Shown here: positions 11,201 to 33,144 of the stretch, in pieces
Numbering within the stretch: position 1 is the stretch's first letter
Layout: every line of letters begins with the position of its first letter
Program-made: the position numbers and the translations under genes
The notes under the pieces: generated by a model
Databases searched by the model: none
What the model saw: the letters and a program-made list of their open reading frames with translations, nothing else
What the model was told of the DNA's origin: nothing
Origin: Gekko japonicus
Lineage: Eukaryota
Direction of reading: 5' to 3'
Assembly: GCF_001447785.1 (NCBI RefSeq)
Contig: NW_015169788.1
Span: 1 to 63,748 of the forward strand
Length of the DNA: 63,748 nucleotides

Positions 11201-14200
11201 CTGCCCCAATCAGGAAAGGCAGTAGATCTTATACCCCAAATGACACCATGACAGGTTTTTTAAAAAAATAATTATTATTTTCTATACAAAACAGAAATAA
11301 ACTGTCGCATAAAGTGGTAAATGTTGGATCAGGTCAGTGGCCCATCCAGTCCAACACTGTCACACAGCGACCAAAAATACCAGGTGCCACCAGGAGGACC
11401 ACTGGTGGGGCCAGGACACTAGAAGCACTCCCAACGTTGCGCCCCCCCCCAAAGAACCGAGAATACAGTGCATCACTTGCCCCAGACCAAGAGTTCCTAT
11501 CTATGCCTTGTGGCTAATAGCCACTGATGGACCTCTGCTCAATATGTTTATCCAGTTACAGATAATAGTGCTGTAATTACAGATAATTACAGATAATAGT
11601 ACTGTAATTGATACAATTGTCACATTTCTGTCTGTTAGGAGCCATTACCCTGTGTATTACAAATCCAATTTGGGTGACAAAAACTCGGCTTGTGCTACAA
11701 TATGACGCTGGCATTGATCCTTCAAAGAGGCAGTATAAGGGAATGGTAGATGCCCTTATAAAAATATACAAGTGTGAAGGTATACGTGGCTTATACAAGG
11801 TAAGTCTGGGAGTACTGGTGTGTAGTGTGATTAAAGCATTGTTAGTGATGTGACAATGTGTATGTGAAAGTGTCATGACGTGAGTTTCACTACCATAGGC
11901 TTGCTGATGGGCTTCATTTTCCTTTGCAAGCTCTTCTGCATTTTTTTCCTGTTGTCACAGAGCCATACCTAAAGCCTTATAAAGAGTCAGATCTAGATGG
12001 ATTGAAAAATGACATTTGGGGCCAGCTTGAGTGATTTCTTCTTGTAGCTGTGTTGTTGCTGGCAAAGACCATAATACTATAACCATTTACTCCAAAATAC
12101 TACTCTCCATAGAATCAGTAGTCCTGTATATTGTCTGATCTTGGTCTATTTCTGCTGTCTATTGTGCACAAATTTGACTCTTCAAAAATGGGGGGAAAGG
12201 TTGAATCCAGGCACCTTTTCCAGCCAGTCTTACCCAATTGTACTCCTTAGTATAGACCCCTTCCCATATGGCTTTTGTAAATGCAAGTCCTATGATTCCC
12301 AGTGGTAAAGGGAACCACTCCTTCCTGTTTCACCATCAGAAAAGCTGGTTGAATCCAGCCCCAAATTTCTGGTGGTACATTGGAGTAGTGTACTGCTACA
12401 TCATCCAAAAGGATGTTCCCATCGAAATCAGTACCTAGGCATATACAGGTTAAGGCTGTTTTTCAAACTTGTGCTACTCAGTTAGTTGTCAGTGGGTAAG
12501 TCTTCTACAAGTGGGAAGCATGTCCATTGGGTTAGGAGTCAGGATCCAATTAGTCAGTCTTGAGTAGTGTGAGGGACTTTGCAAGAGATTCCCTCAGTTT
12601 TCAAATCGGAGCTAGTTTGAACAGATGCTGCTCAACCCTTTATGAATGTTGCTTTTTAAACTATATGCCAACTGTTCTGGCTAGTACTTCAGTAACACCA
12701 AACTGTGAAAAACTACAAGAAATAGAGCAAAATGTCATTCTTGTAAGGGCTCTGTAGTTTCTTATAATAGACTGAACAGAAAACAGTTTTCCCAGGATTT
12801 TCTGTTATGTATATTGCTGCTGGAAAAAATGCACTTGTAAGTAGTTTCATTGCAACTATAGAGGCTGGTAACTATTGTTTAGCTATTGTTCTAAGCATAT
12901 GTCTATTAAAACTATTGCATTTTTCCTTCTAAGGAAAGAAAATAGCTGGACAGTTATGATAACATTTATAAGGACCAGCAGTACTGTCCATGTATTTATG
13001 TTCAAGGTTTCATAATACTATGCTTTGAAGCCAAATGTTTATGTGTAGTAATAAAATAACTGTAAAGTTATCCTGTAACGTGAATCAGGTTGGCTAGCTT
13101 TAATGTTTTGCTCTTTAAACTCTGTAAAAGAAATCTGTGTTTTAGGGATTTGTCCCTGGTCTGTTTGGAACAAGTCATGGAGCACTGCAGTTCATGGCAT
13201 ATGAAGAATTTAAGTCAAAATATAATAAGCATTGGGACAGACCATCAGATTCAAAACTGGTAAAGTACTCCTTTATTATGGATTATTTTATGTATATAGT
13301 ATATGATATACTCTGTCACTGAGAAAAGTTGTTTTATTTTGCTTTCATGACTAATAGGCATTGATGGCCCCATCTTTCATTAATTTGTCTAGCTCCTTAT
13401 AAAGGCAATCAAGCCAATGGCTACTATTGTATTTATAGCAATAAATTGCACCATTTAATCATGTGTTGTATGAAGAAATACTTTCATTTGTCTGTTCCTT
13501 ATTTAGTATTAGTCTCATTTATTATTAGCAACATTTCTATATTTAAAGGATAGAAAATATAAAATATTCATAAACTGTGAAACCTACAAATATAAAGTTT
13601 ATTATTGGTTCCTTTAATACAGTTGTTTGAAATTAATGTTCGCTTCATTTCATTTTTAGAGCACTTTAGAGTATATCGCTATGGCAGCACTGTCAAAAAT
13701 GTTTGCTGTTTCAGCAACATATCCGTATCAGGTTGTGAGGGCGCGTCTCCAGGATCAGCACAACAGATACTTGGGAGTAGTGGATGTAATGCATAGAACA
13801 TGGAGGTAGGGCATGGGAATCCAAACCTGTTGCAAAAGTACCTCCTTTACAAACAGTGCAGTGCTAAAAAGAGTTGCACCCTTCTAAGTACATTGAAGTC
13901 AGTGGGCTTAGAAGGGTATAACTCTGTTTACGATTGATTTCTATGTTGAACATTGTTTTATTTTCAGCTCATGAGTGTTTTATTTTCAGCTCATGAGACC
14001 TAAACACCTACACATATCAGGTTTACAAATAATGTAACAGTAAAATGAAATGTGAAAAATAAAATGAGAACAAGCTTGCTGTATATGAACCATCATTTGC
14101 TTAAGGGGGTAGAGCTGGAGTATGCAGATAAGCTACCCTGCAGAGTTCCAGTACAGAGTAATTAATGAATTGTTAATTTTTCAAATTAAGTACAGCAAAA

Positions 14201-16441
14201 CTTTAACTGGCATTCATGGGTGAATTGGGTTTGCCAGTTAACCAAATGTGCTGGTTTACAAAGCTTTTACTTGACAGCAGGAGGGCAGCAGGGCTGAGTG
14301 GCTGGTGGCCATGTGCAGGATTTGGAGACTGCTCCAGTGTTGCCTGCTTGAAACTGCTGCCTCCTGGCTGGCACCCTGCCCGAGCCACCTGGCCAGCCCC
14401 TCCAAGTCACTCCACTGGTGTGCTCAGCTGGACATAATGGGCATGCTAGTTAATCACACAAGCTGTTCAGTTAACTGGGTGTCAGTTAACAAAACTTTTA
14501 CAGTAGTACCTATTTTAACACCGTGGTTGTGTGAAACAGCTTTATAAAAGAAGTACTGAGAACACTGGTTCTCATGGGGTTCACGGTATCACCATGTATG
14601 AGTGACAAATGAGGGAGCAACCACCAAGTTGACCATCTTTGTGAGGCTCCTGTGCTTGAGTGGCCTTGGAATCCTGTCCAGGTCACCTTGCTTGTCAAGT
14701 CTTTCTCCTGGGAGAGCTGTGTCCCCTTCTGTCAGCCCCACAGCTCCTACTGAGGCCCTGTTCCTTAGCCATGCAGGTCTTTTATCAATCTCTGCCGCGG
14801 TTAAGAGGTGGCGTCCTGCCCACAGCAGTGATGTGTCACTTCCAGCCTGCCTAGATTTATTTCCATCTGAGCTGATCATGCTGCAGAAACATCCCCAGGT
14901 GGGGTTGCCGACCTCCAGGTGGGTGGAATTGAGCTGAACAACTGTGATGTATTATGCCAAGGAAATTATCCACAGACTATTAGGTTCTTATCCAGTATTC
15001 CGTTTACTTGGAGTAATTCAGTCTCTCAAAAATCATTCATAACAACGCCATCAACACTAACGTGATGCCGTTAATGGATTTGATCAGAGTCACCAAGAAA
15101 AATGGCCATACTGCTTGTTAAATGAATGAGTGAATGGAATTTCAATGTTATACACTCTGACAAAGTTGTAAACGAAATGAGACCTGATATGTATAGTCCG
15201 TTAGTGCTGATGGCGTTATTATGAATGATTTTTGAGAGATTGAATTACTCCAAGTAAACGGAATACTGGATAAGAACCTAATAGTCTGTGGATAATTTCC
15301 TTGGCATAATACATCACAGTTGTTTAGCTCAATTCCACCGTCCATCCCGTGATCTCTCCTCTTGGTTTGCAACCTCCAGGTGGGGTCTACCAGAATTACA
15401 ACTGATCAGTTCCCTTGGAAAAAATGGCAGCTTTGGAGGGTGGACTCTGGTATTATGCTCTGCTGAGGTCCCTCCACTTCCGAATTTCCAAGCCCAAATT
15501 TGGCTGCCCTACCCCCCCCCCCCAAAGTACGCTAAATGAAGCAGCTTTATATGAGGTATTACTGTTCTGTCCTTCCATTTAAAGTCTGTAGTGTCATTCT
15601 TGCCTGTGGTTTGGTGAAAATGTTGCTCTTCTGCCTTCAACTTTTGTTTGGGCGAAAATGTTGCTGTTCTGTCTTCAACTTTCACTTGGTCTTTTGCCCC
15701 TGTGCCTTCTGCTTAAACAAGCAGGACTGCAGTAGTGCCCCACAGCAGATGAAGCAGAAGAGTGGCATAAGGACTGGTGTGGGGGGGTATAAGATGCATA
15801 GTAGCTGCATCCTCTACCATGGCCTTGAACCTTTTTTAAAGATATAGGCAGGACCTTTGGCTTGAGTTCTGGCAATCCTACTCAAAATATAGTCTGCATG
15901 TCTTCCCCACTCCTGATATGGTCAGTATAGAGGGGGAAATCACCTGTCATAGCAAACCATGTGACTCATAGAATACTGTAGATGTTGACAAGTATAGTAA
16001 GTAATGGGCCATGTGCAGTCTCAGATGAGAATATGCCCTTAAATCCGGTACTTCTCCAGTAATTGAAACTTTTGAAATAGTGTAATTTTAAAGGGCCTAG
16101 ACACATTTCACCCATTTATTTTTCTGTAACTATACAGACAAGGCTTTCAGCTTTTAAAAAGACAAAATTCTTACTAGTCTAATCACCAGCTAATTTCAAG
16201 ATCGCATTTAGAATTTTAAGTCATTTTAAAGAATTATGCAGAAAATTGTGGAATGATCTTCCTATCAAATACATTTGGAAGTTATGAATGTTTTCTGCTT
16301 CTCTATAGGAAAGAAGGAGTTCACGGATTTTACAAAGGAATTGTACCTAATGTGCTCAGAGTAACACCTGCATGCTGTATTACCTTTGTTGTGTATGAAA
16401 AAGTATCCCAGTTATTGCTTGGCTTTAAAAATAGCAGCTGA
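5226..16441 (+). CDS. SLC25A32: Mitochondrial folate/FAD carrier SLC25A32, complete, 7 exons, 329 aa
   Basis: Exons 5226-5424, 6653-6803, 9769-9854, 11639-11799, 13146-13259, 13660-13805, 16309-16441 (990 nt), all GT-AG; carrier signatures [31 protein letters not shown]; candidate AATAAA at 16782. Confidence 0.97.
6080..6263 (-). mobile_element. tRNA-derived squamate SINE (Squam3-like), internally deleted
   Basis: Same family as the many copies at 33-34, 39.7, 47-50 and 58.5 kb (ccacaacagacaccctgtgaggtaggtggggctgagagagctc...ccaaactggctct). Confidence 0.7.
14922..15339. mobile_element. MITE-like element with 141-bp inverted arms in SLC25A32 intron 6
   Basis: 14922-15062 is the near-perfect reverse complement of 15199-15339, with a 136-bp spacer. 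Confidence 0.8.
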
Positions 16442-17457
16442 ATCCTGGAGATTGCGTCAAGAAGGGCATCATCATCAAATACCCGTCTGTTTTAAGACTT
16501 AATTTTTCTGGCATTCACAGAAGAACAGGGGAATAGAACACATTTTGACAGAAGCAACTGAATCTGAAAGTCTCTGCCTGGAATTTTCCATGCTAACCTT
16601 GTCTCTGAGCGACTAGATGCAGCTCAGCAACAACACTGCATATTTTGTTTTGTTCTTTAGCTAATTGTTCTCCCTAACTCTGTTCTGAGAAAAGCAATGA
16701 ACTCTGGACTGGGAAATGGCAGAAAGGTCATGATGTCAAAATACTGGAAGGCACAATATTTGGTATGCTATTTATATCACCAATAAATTGTGTATATGAT
16801 GTCTACAACGATGATTTCAGCTTTCCATATTCTTTCCATCCCTTTTAAGCAAGGCTAATTGTGAAAGAAAATTTAATTGGCCTTTATTAATTTATAGCAT
16901 GGCATTGGGAATATGTGCATTATGTTAGTCCTGAATGCTTTAATATAGAACCTTAGGACGTAGCAAAAAATTGAACTGGTGTCATATTGTATTTTAAAAA
17001 TTTATGGTGTCTTCTCACTCTTATCAGCTTCCAGTTAAAAATGCAACTGAATTAATGAACAGATTTTAAAAAGCTGCCTTTTTACAGCATTTGAAATATA
17101 ATTCAGAATTAAGTGTACAGGTAGCCCAGTCCTATGAATGCTTGGCTTTGGCAATTGGCAGGTTCAGAACCAGCCTGTACCTACTCCAATCAGAGCAACA
17201 GACTGCTGAGGTTAGCCCTGTCACTGCTTGATAAGTGAACCTCAAGAAAAATGAACAGGAACCATCACTATTATTTCTATCACCTCCTTGTGACAACAGC
17301 AGCAACTGCTACCCATCCAGCAACTATATTATTAGCTTTGTTTCTACCACTGTTGTCCAAATTCAATACCGCTTCTTGGAAATGTCCTCATAGCGCTGAA
17401 ACTTTACCAAGATGGTATATGCTGGGGTAACAGTATACAAAGGTTAATTTGTACATA

Positions 17458-17805
17458 AAAGTAAAGGTAAAGGTTTCCCTTGCTCGAAAGCCAGTCGAAT
17501 CCAACTCTAGGGGGGCGGTGCTCATCTCCGTTTCCAAGCCGAAGAGCCAGTGCTGTCCGAAGACATTTCCATGGTCATGTGGCTGGCATGACTAAATGCC
17601 AAGGCGCACGGAATGCTGTTACCTTCCCACCAAAGCGGTACCTATTTATCTACTTGCAATTTCTTGCTTTCGAACTGCTAGGATGGCAGGAGCTGGGACC
17701 AGAGACGGGAGCTCACTCCGTCATGCGGCACTCAGGTCTTGAACTGCTGCACTACCTTCCAGTCTGGAGTTCAGCGTCTTAACCACTGAGCCACCACAGC
17801 CCCAA
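17458..17805 (-). mobile_element. Sauria SINE between the convergent SLC25A32 and CTHRC1 3' ends
   Basis: (aaaggt)n tail, Sauria-type body (gttaccttcccaccaaagcggtacctatttatctac), tRNA-like head; 13-bp TSD taatttgtacata at 17445-17457 and 17806-17818. Confidence 0.85.
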
Positions 17806-18290
17806 TAATTTGTACATACCACTAACATATAATGCCGGTGATATTCAGAGTTCTGTATAGCCTTCTCCTTCAGTACACAGTAGGGTCTTCTTGCTTTACT
17901 CATAAATACTGAAAAGTGGGTTTCTTTTTAGTAGGAAATGACATTCAAAGTAAAATCATACTTTATTTTATAACTGTAGGTTTGAACAAAGGTAAATGTT
18001 CCTAATTTCGGTATTTATAAAAGATCATCTTTATTAAGAAATGTAAAAAACTGTCTAGAATTCATATAAAATAGTACATAAATACAGATTTCTGTATCAG
18101 AATCTATATTCCAAAACATTATGAAAAACATGCTAGGATACTTGTTTCAGTAGGAAAGTCAACTGCTTACTGGTATGTCTATAAAATCTGTGCGTTATAG
18201 CCAAGTGCTTTCTTCCATATATAGAAAACTAGCAGGGGGGAGTTATATATTGTATATAGTGTTGGGGAAGTGAAACTTGGGAAGAGCATT

Positions 18291-27016
<8,726 letters not shown>

Positions 27017-28244
27017 GGCTGGCGGGCTGCGGCGCAAGCGAAGCCTGTGGAGCCCGGATGAATCGGGCAGTGTCTGCCGCGTGGATGAATGAGCCTTTTA
27101 CGGCTCCTGCCCCTGCTCCGGCTCCCTCCCCGGGGACAGCCAGGAATGCGCAGCCGGCGGCGCTTTGCAGCAGCAGCAACAGCCTCCTCCCGGCCAGGCG
27201 ACGGTGCGGGGGAAAGCCGACTCCCTCCCGCCAATTATTGCGGGATCGGGGGGGGGGCAGTTGGAGTGCAGTTATGGGCTGGGGGAGTTACGTATGTGTA
27301 TATATAGGTTAAGCTAGCTTCATCCACGGAGTGGTATCGCCTTTCCGGCACTGCCAGAGAATGGCCACTGGAGGGCACAGGGCTAACCCGCAACGCCGTC
27401 CCTCCGGCAATGGTGTGGCCTCCCCCCCCTTTGGTCTGTTGCAGCAAGAAGGAAAAGGGAGTCCTGTGTTGTCGCAGAAGAACACCAGAACTTATGCTGC
27501 AGCACACATCTGTTAGGCTTCAGGGTGCAACAAGACACCGTTCAGGCATAGAATCGCCTCAGGTTAGACACAGACTAGGGGAAAATACAGTCCCTGCTTT
27601 TTCTGGAGACAGAACTTCTTCAAAGCCCGGCATTGCTCATACATATTACATTTCCAGGCACATTCCTTGCTCTCCGGCTGGGTTTATAGTAAGAGGAAGG
27701 CTAGCCTGCCCATCTCCCAGGGCTTTGTTGTTTGCAGATGTTGTGATGGGTAATTAGGGAGGAGCTCAGTGGTGGAGCATCTGCTTGGCAAGCAGAAAGC
27801 CTCAGCTTCAATCCCCAGCATCTCCAGTTAAGAATCCGGGAACCACTGCCAGTCTGAGTAAGACAGCATTGATCTTGAGGGACTAAGGTTATGATTCAGT
27901 CTAAGGCAGCTCAGCATGATATAGTGGTTAAAGTGTCAGACTAAGATATGGGAAATCCAGGTTCGAATCCCCACTTGTGGCATGGAAGCTTAGTGGGTGA
28001 CCTTGGGCCAGCCATACACTCTCCGCCTAACCTATCTCACAGCGTTGTTGTGAGGATAAGATGAAGGAGAGAAGGATGTAAAGATACTTTGGGTCCCCAT
28101 TGGGGTGAAACTCAGAATGTAAATAAATAAATGTGATCAGGTATAATAGTAAGTGTGTAAGAAAGGCAATTGTGGTGCACTGCTTATTTGGGGGGACTGT
28201 TTCCCCTTTAAAATTATTCTTTGTGTAATAAACTGGGTAGTTTC

Positions 28245-29340
28245 TGCTGCCACCAGGAATTTTAAGAAATTCCAAATCTTCTCTGTTTCTGCTGTTGGTA
28301 ATGTGACCCAGGGCCTGGGCTTTCAAAGGCCTATGTGGCCCTGAGGAACTGAATTCTGGGTTAAACTTAAACAAAATATGATTTATTGATTAAGGAATAA
28401 AAATAAGTTGCTAGTTAACTGTAGTTTTTGGGGAAAGGAACTGGTAAATAAACTGGCAAGGTATCACACACAGTCTTTTGACATTAAGATCCCACTCTGA
28501 CAGGAATCTCTCACATAGGCAGCCACACTGGCTAAGCTCTTTGTATTATTGACTCTCTTTCATAACTTCAGAGTCTCACAGACCCTTCTCATTTAAACTC
28601 TTAAAGCCGTATATACTGAACTCTGAATCAAACCGGGTTCTTCAGATTAGAGTCTGGCACTGTGACCATACCCCTCTTTTATTTTGTGTGGTTATGTGTG
28701 ATGTAGTTTTAAATTTCTTGTTTCTTTATCTCACTCAAAGTATCTATCGCTGCCACCAGGAATTTAATCCCAGTCTTTCATTAACCTTTCCCACAGTATT
28801 GTGCCCAAGCTCCTTCATTGGACTATGTGGTTCTGAGGATAAGACTCTGGGTTTACAATAAACAAGATAAAACTTTATTGGTAAGAGAAGTGTATTGGTT
28901 ACAAGATGTTTTTGTTAAGTTGCTTAGTAGAATCTTTCACTTTTTACTCAGGTCTCTTGTCAGCTTTCCCCCCTCACACACTTATAATACTCTGACAATA
29001 TTAGATTTTGCCTGATATGCCCCCTCAAGTATATTTTCTTCCTCCTTTAGAATCTTAATGCCTTTCACAGCACTTCTGTATGATTCTAATGAGAAGGCTG
29101 CTTCTCAGACTCTGTAGATTGACCACAGCTGCTGACTTCTGACTTCAAACTCAAACTGAACATTCTGCCTTCTCTACACACGTGCACACCTCCTAGCTCC
29201 ACACACACACTCAGTCACCAACAAATCACCTCACTCACTCATCTCCTCCTTTCACCCCCTTGTTCTACTGACACCAACCATCTTAAAGAAACACACACAT
29301 ATAACTTGAAATCATTACAGGCACTCTTAATCATTACACC
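28245..29340. repeat. Two diverged copies of an LTR-like repeat
   Basis: Both begin gctgccaccaggaattt (~28247, ~28749) and share ctatgtgg..ctgagga..ctgggtt..aaacaa..tttatt; class uncertain. Confidence 0.4.
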
Positions 29341-30234
29341 ACACTGGCTAGCAGCCCAACTGGCAGCCTCTTCCACAGTAGTCATAACTGTATCACCAAT
29401 CATGATGTTATTCGCTGAGAATGTACCACATCATCCATGTACGGAAATGAACACTGAGGTGATGCAATTTTCACAGTGCCGTATCTTCTCCTCTAACATA
29501 ATGTGCAAGCCAGCTGCCAGAGAAAAACAAGCTCTTGTTCCTGTCCCCCTAGTAAAGGTTTCCATAGCCCAATAGACTGGGAAAGAAGATCACAATGCCA
29601 AACAGGAAAGGTAGGTTCAGTTCTTGTTCCTTGAAGACAGTGAGAAGACCATAACAAGGCAAATACTACCTTTTGGGTGCCATGCTGGCACCAGTAATGA
29701 AGACTGGGAAAGAGAGAAGCAATAGGATTAGAACCCAAAATAGACTATAGAGAGCAGCTCCTTAACACCACATTCACAAGAGAAACAAAAAAATCATGAC
29801 CTTTGTAGTTTTCTAGAGTGTTGCCTGAAACCCCCTTCTATGCTTAGGAGCCAGAGTACCCAGTCCAATACCAAAAGGGCCTTATTCCAGATTCTAACTC
29901 AGGAAAATGCAGGCTTCCATATAACAAGCTCCAGGTTCTATCCCCCAACTGTACATGTAGTGATAAGGGTTGCAGCACACAAGTGGTAACCAGAAGAGGA
30001 GTCAAGAGACTGAGCACTGGACATGCCCCCCATCACTTGCACTGGTGACTGTAACAAGATAGCCCTTTGGGGAAGGTGAGCCCACTGCCACCCCCTCATC
30101 ATGAAGACCATGCGTGCGCACACACACATTTGTGTCAAGTTGCACCCAACTTATGGAGACCTCCATAGGGTTTTCAAGGCAAGACACTAATAGGTGGTTT
30201 GCCATTGCCTTCCACTGTGTAGCAACCCTGAACA

Positions 30235-31679
30235 ACATAAGTCCAACACACTGTCACACAGTGGCCAAAAATACCAGGTGCCATCAGGAGGTCCAGCAGT
30301 GTGGCCAGGACACTAGAAGCCCTCCCACTGTTCCCCCCCCCCTCCAAGCACCAAGAATACAGAGCATCACTTGCCCCAGACTGAGAGTTTCTATCTATAC
30401 CTTGTGGCTAATAGCCACTGATGGACTTCTGTTCCATATGCTTATCTAATTCCCTCTTGAAGCTGTCCGTGCTTGTAGCCGCCACCACCTCCTGTGGCAG
30501 TGAATTCCATGTGTTAATCACTCTTTGGGTGAAGAAGTACTTAGAATCATAGAATGTTAGAGTTGGAAGGGACCTTGCAGGTCATTTAGTCCAACCCCCT
30601 ACACTCTGCAGGAGTATACTGAAAGATAGCCCTACACACCTACAACAGTACTCCAATAGAACAGAGTAAAAATTACAAATATTTGGGTCTAATATTCAGT
30701 GAAACCTTGAGCTGGAATGCCCAAATTGCTTCCTTAAAATCTTCAGCAAATAAGATCATTGGTGTGGTACTGAGATTCTGTTACAACAAGGGAGGTCTAC
30801 TAATAGATCCAGCCCTTAAACATTTTGTCAGCAAAGTAATCTCACATAGAATGTTACAGTTGGAAGGGACCTTGCAGGTCATGTAGTCCAACCCTGTCCA
30901 ACCATTCTGCAAGAGCATAGCCGAAAGATAATAGTCCTACAACATACCCGAAAGATGGTTGTCCAGCCTCTGCTTGAAAACGTCCAGCGAAGGAGCATCC
31001 ACCACCTCCCGAGGCAGACCGTTCCACTGCTCAACCACTCTTACAGTTAGGAAGTTTTCCCTGATATTTAGCCGGTATCGGCTCCCTTGTCATTTCCACC
31101 CTTTAGATCTAGTCTTGCAATCTGGAGTGAGAGAGAATAGATCTGCTCCATCTTCTACATGACAGCCCTTCAAATACTTGAAGACTGCAATCATGTCCCC
31201 TCTAAGCCTTCTCTTTCCCAGGCTAAACACATCCAACTCTTCCAGCCTTTCCTCATAAGACTTGGATTCCAACCCTCTCACCATCTTGGTTGCCCTCTTC
31301 TGGACACGGTCGAGCTTGTCAACACCCTTCCTAAAATGGGGGCCAAAACTGGACACAGGACTCCAGGTGAGGCCTGACCATAGCAGAATAGAGTGGAACG
31401 ACCACCTCCCGTGAACTGGACACAAGGCTTTTGTTAATGCATTCGAAGATTGCATTAGCTTTCTTCGCAGTCACATCGCACTGCAGGCTCACGTTTAGCT
31501 TGTGATCAACCAGAACACTTAGATCCCTTTCACATGTGCTGCTCTCAAGCCAAGTCCCTCCCGTTCTATATCTGTGCCTTTGATTTTTTGTACCTAAGTG
31601 TAGGACTTTGCACTTCTCTCTATTGAAGTTCATTTTATTTGTCTCAGCCCACTGTTCCAGCCTATCTAGGTAATTTTGA
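30235..31679 (-). mobile_element. Cluster of CR1 LINE 3' fragments
   Basis: Minus-strand peptides LDRLEQWAETNKMNFNREKCKVLHLG, PLYSAMVRPHLESCVQFW, KRRLRGDMIAVFKYLKG; tagaatcatagaat tail motif at ~30542; CR1 homology stops at ~31679. Confidence 0.9.
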
Positions 31680-33144
31680 TATATTACTATATGGTATATA
31701 CTGTATATGGTATAGAACTTTGGGGGTTGAAAGAACAAACATATGTTATGATAAAACAATTTAATCCAATATGTAGTGAATTATAGGGGCTCGATAGAAT
31801 TTGTAAACGTATGCCCCGGTTGAGTTAAGAAGGAGGCCATTTGGGAGTTCCATTATTTGTTCCCTTCTGATAAATGGTTATCTGACCAAATTGATAGGTT
31901 GTCAGCTCTTGAAGAAGGGTCTTCTTGAAACGGTCTTTGGGATTTGCTGAGCTGATGGTAGATTTCTGCTTGAAGCCCTCGTTCCAAGCACCACGGGAGA
32001 CCTCCCTGGAGACACTGCACGTAGAGGAGGACTTCAGCTCATATATTGTGTATCACGTACTCATAATTCGGTGGTCCTTAAATCGTTCACGCCAATTGCT
32101 TTTTGGATTCTCCGTGCCTTGCGTAATATGTTCAGATATCTTCTACCTTGTATGTTTATAAATGCTATCGAATCCCTATTATTAATTCACTGTGTGTTGG
32201 ATGAAATTGTTTGATTGTAACATATGCGATATATGGTTAGTTAGCTTGCTTCACGGTGTTCTTAACAGCTAACTATAGCATCCAACTGTGATCCCCATTT
32301 GAATTTTGCTTGTTCCTTGAGAATCAGCAGCCGGGGCAAAGGGCGGGGATGGTCTGTTGCTCTCAGCAGAGCGTTCAGCTAAGCCAGAGTCCGGTTTCTG
32401 AAGAAATGACACCCTGCGGGGAGGGGGGAACAGAGGCCGCTTCCCTGTCCCCAAGGGGGTGGGGGGCAGTGACAGACCAGGGGGCCGGCAGCAACAGACT
32501 GGGGGGGCCAGGGTCATGCGTAGGGTGTTGCAGGGCTGGCTCCAGAAAATCCCTTCCCCGAGCAGTCGTCTGTGCCCCCTGCATGGAGCAGGATGAGGAG
32601 GGGGTGCCCTCGGCCAACTCATACGCCCTGAATTGTCCCCCCCCCCTTGGCCCCACTCTCCCCTGGTGGGCCCTCCAGCTGCTGCTGCTGGCCTGATTGG
32701 AGACCTTCCTCTCCCCTTATGGGGGGTGGCGCAGGAAACGCCCCCCGGCTCTGTTCCCACAGCTGTTGTGCAGGGTGTGTGGTGGATCTGGCACTGGGGG
32801 CGTGAGGCCGAGTGTCCTCTGGGAGGTGCCACCCAAGGAAGGTGCCCCTGATGCAACCCAGAGGTCGGGCTGATCTGAGGCCACACTCTCTTCTCCCCGG
32901 TGGGGCCCCCAGCATGGTTCTCCCCTCCTCCCTTGTATCCTCCTCACAACCACCCTGCGAGGAAGGTTTTGCTGAGGGTAGGAGGACTGGCCCGAGGCCA
33001 CCCAGGCAGCAGGGGGCGGGACCTGGGGATCCCAAGCCCTGATCTAACCACAAACCCAGCCGTCAGCAAAGAGGGCGGTGGGTGTGGACTAGGGGAGGCC
33101 CATACAAGCGGTGGTATAAATGTTTGACTGGCTGAAGCACTGAG

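Noticed and set aside
31908-31940. Hammerhead-like string ttgaaga...gaaacggtc
   Set aside because: The core C is missing and there is no convincing stem I.
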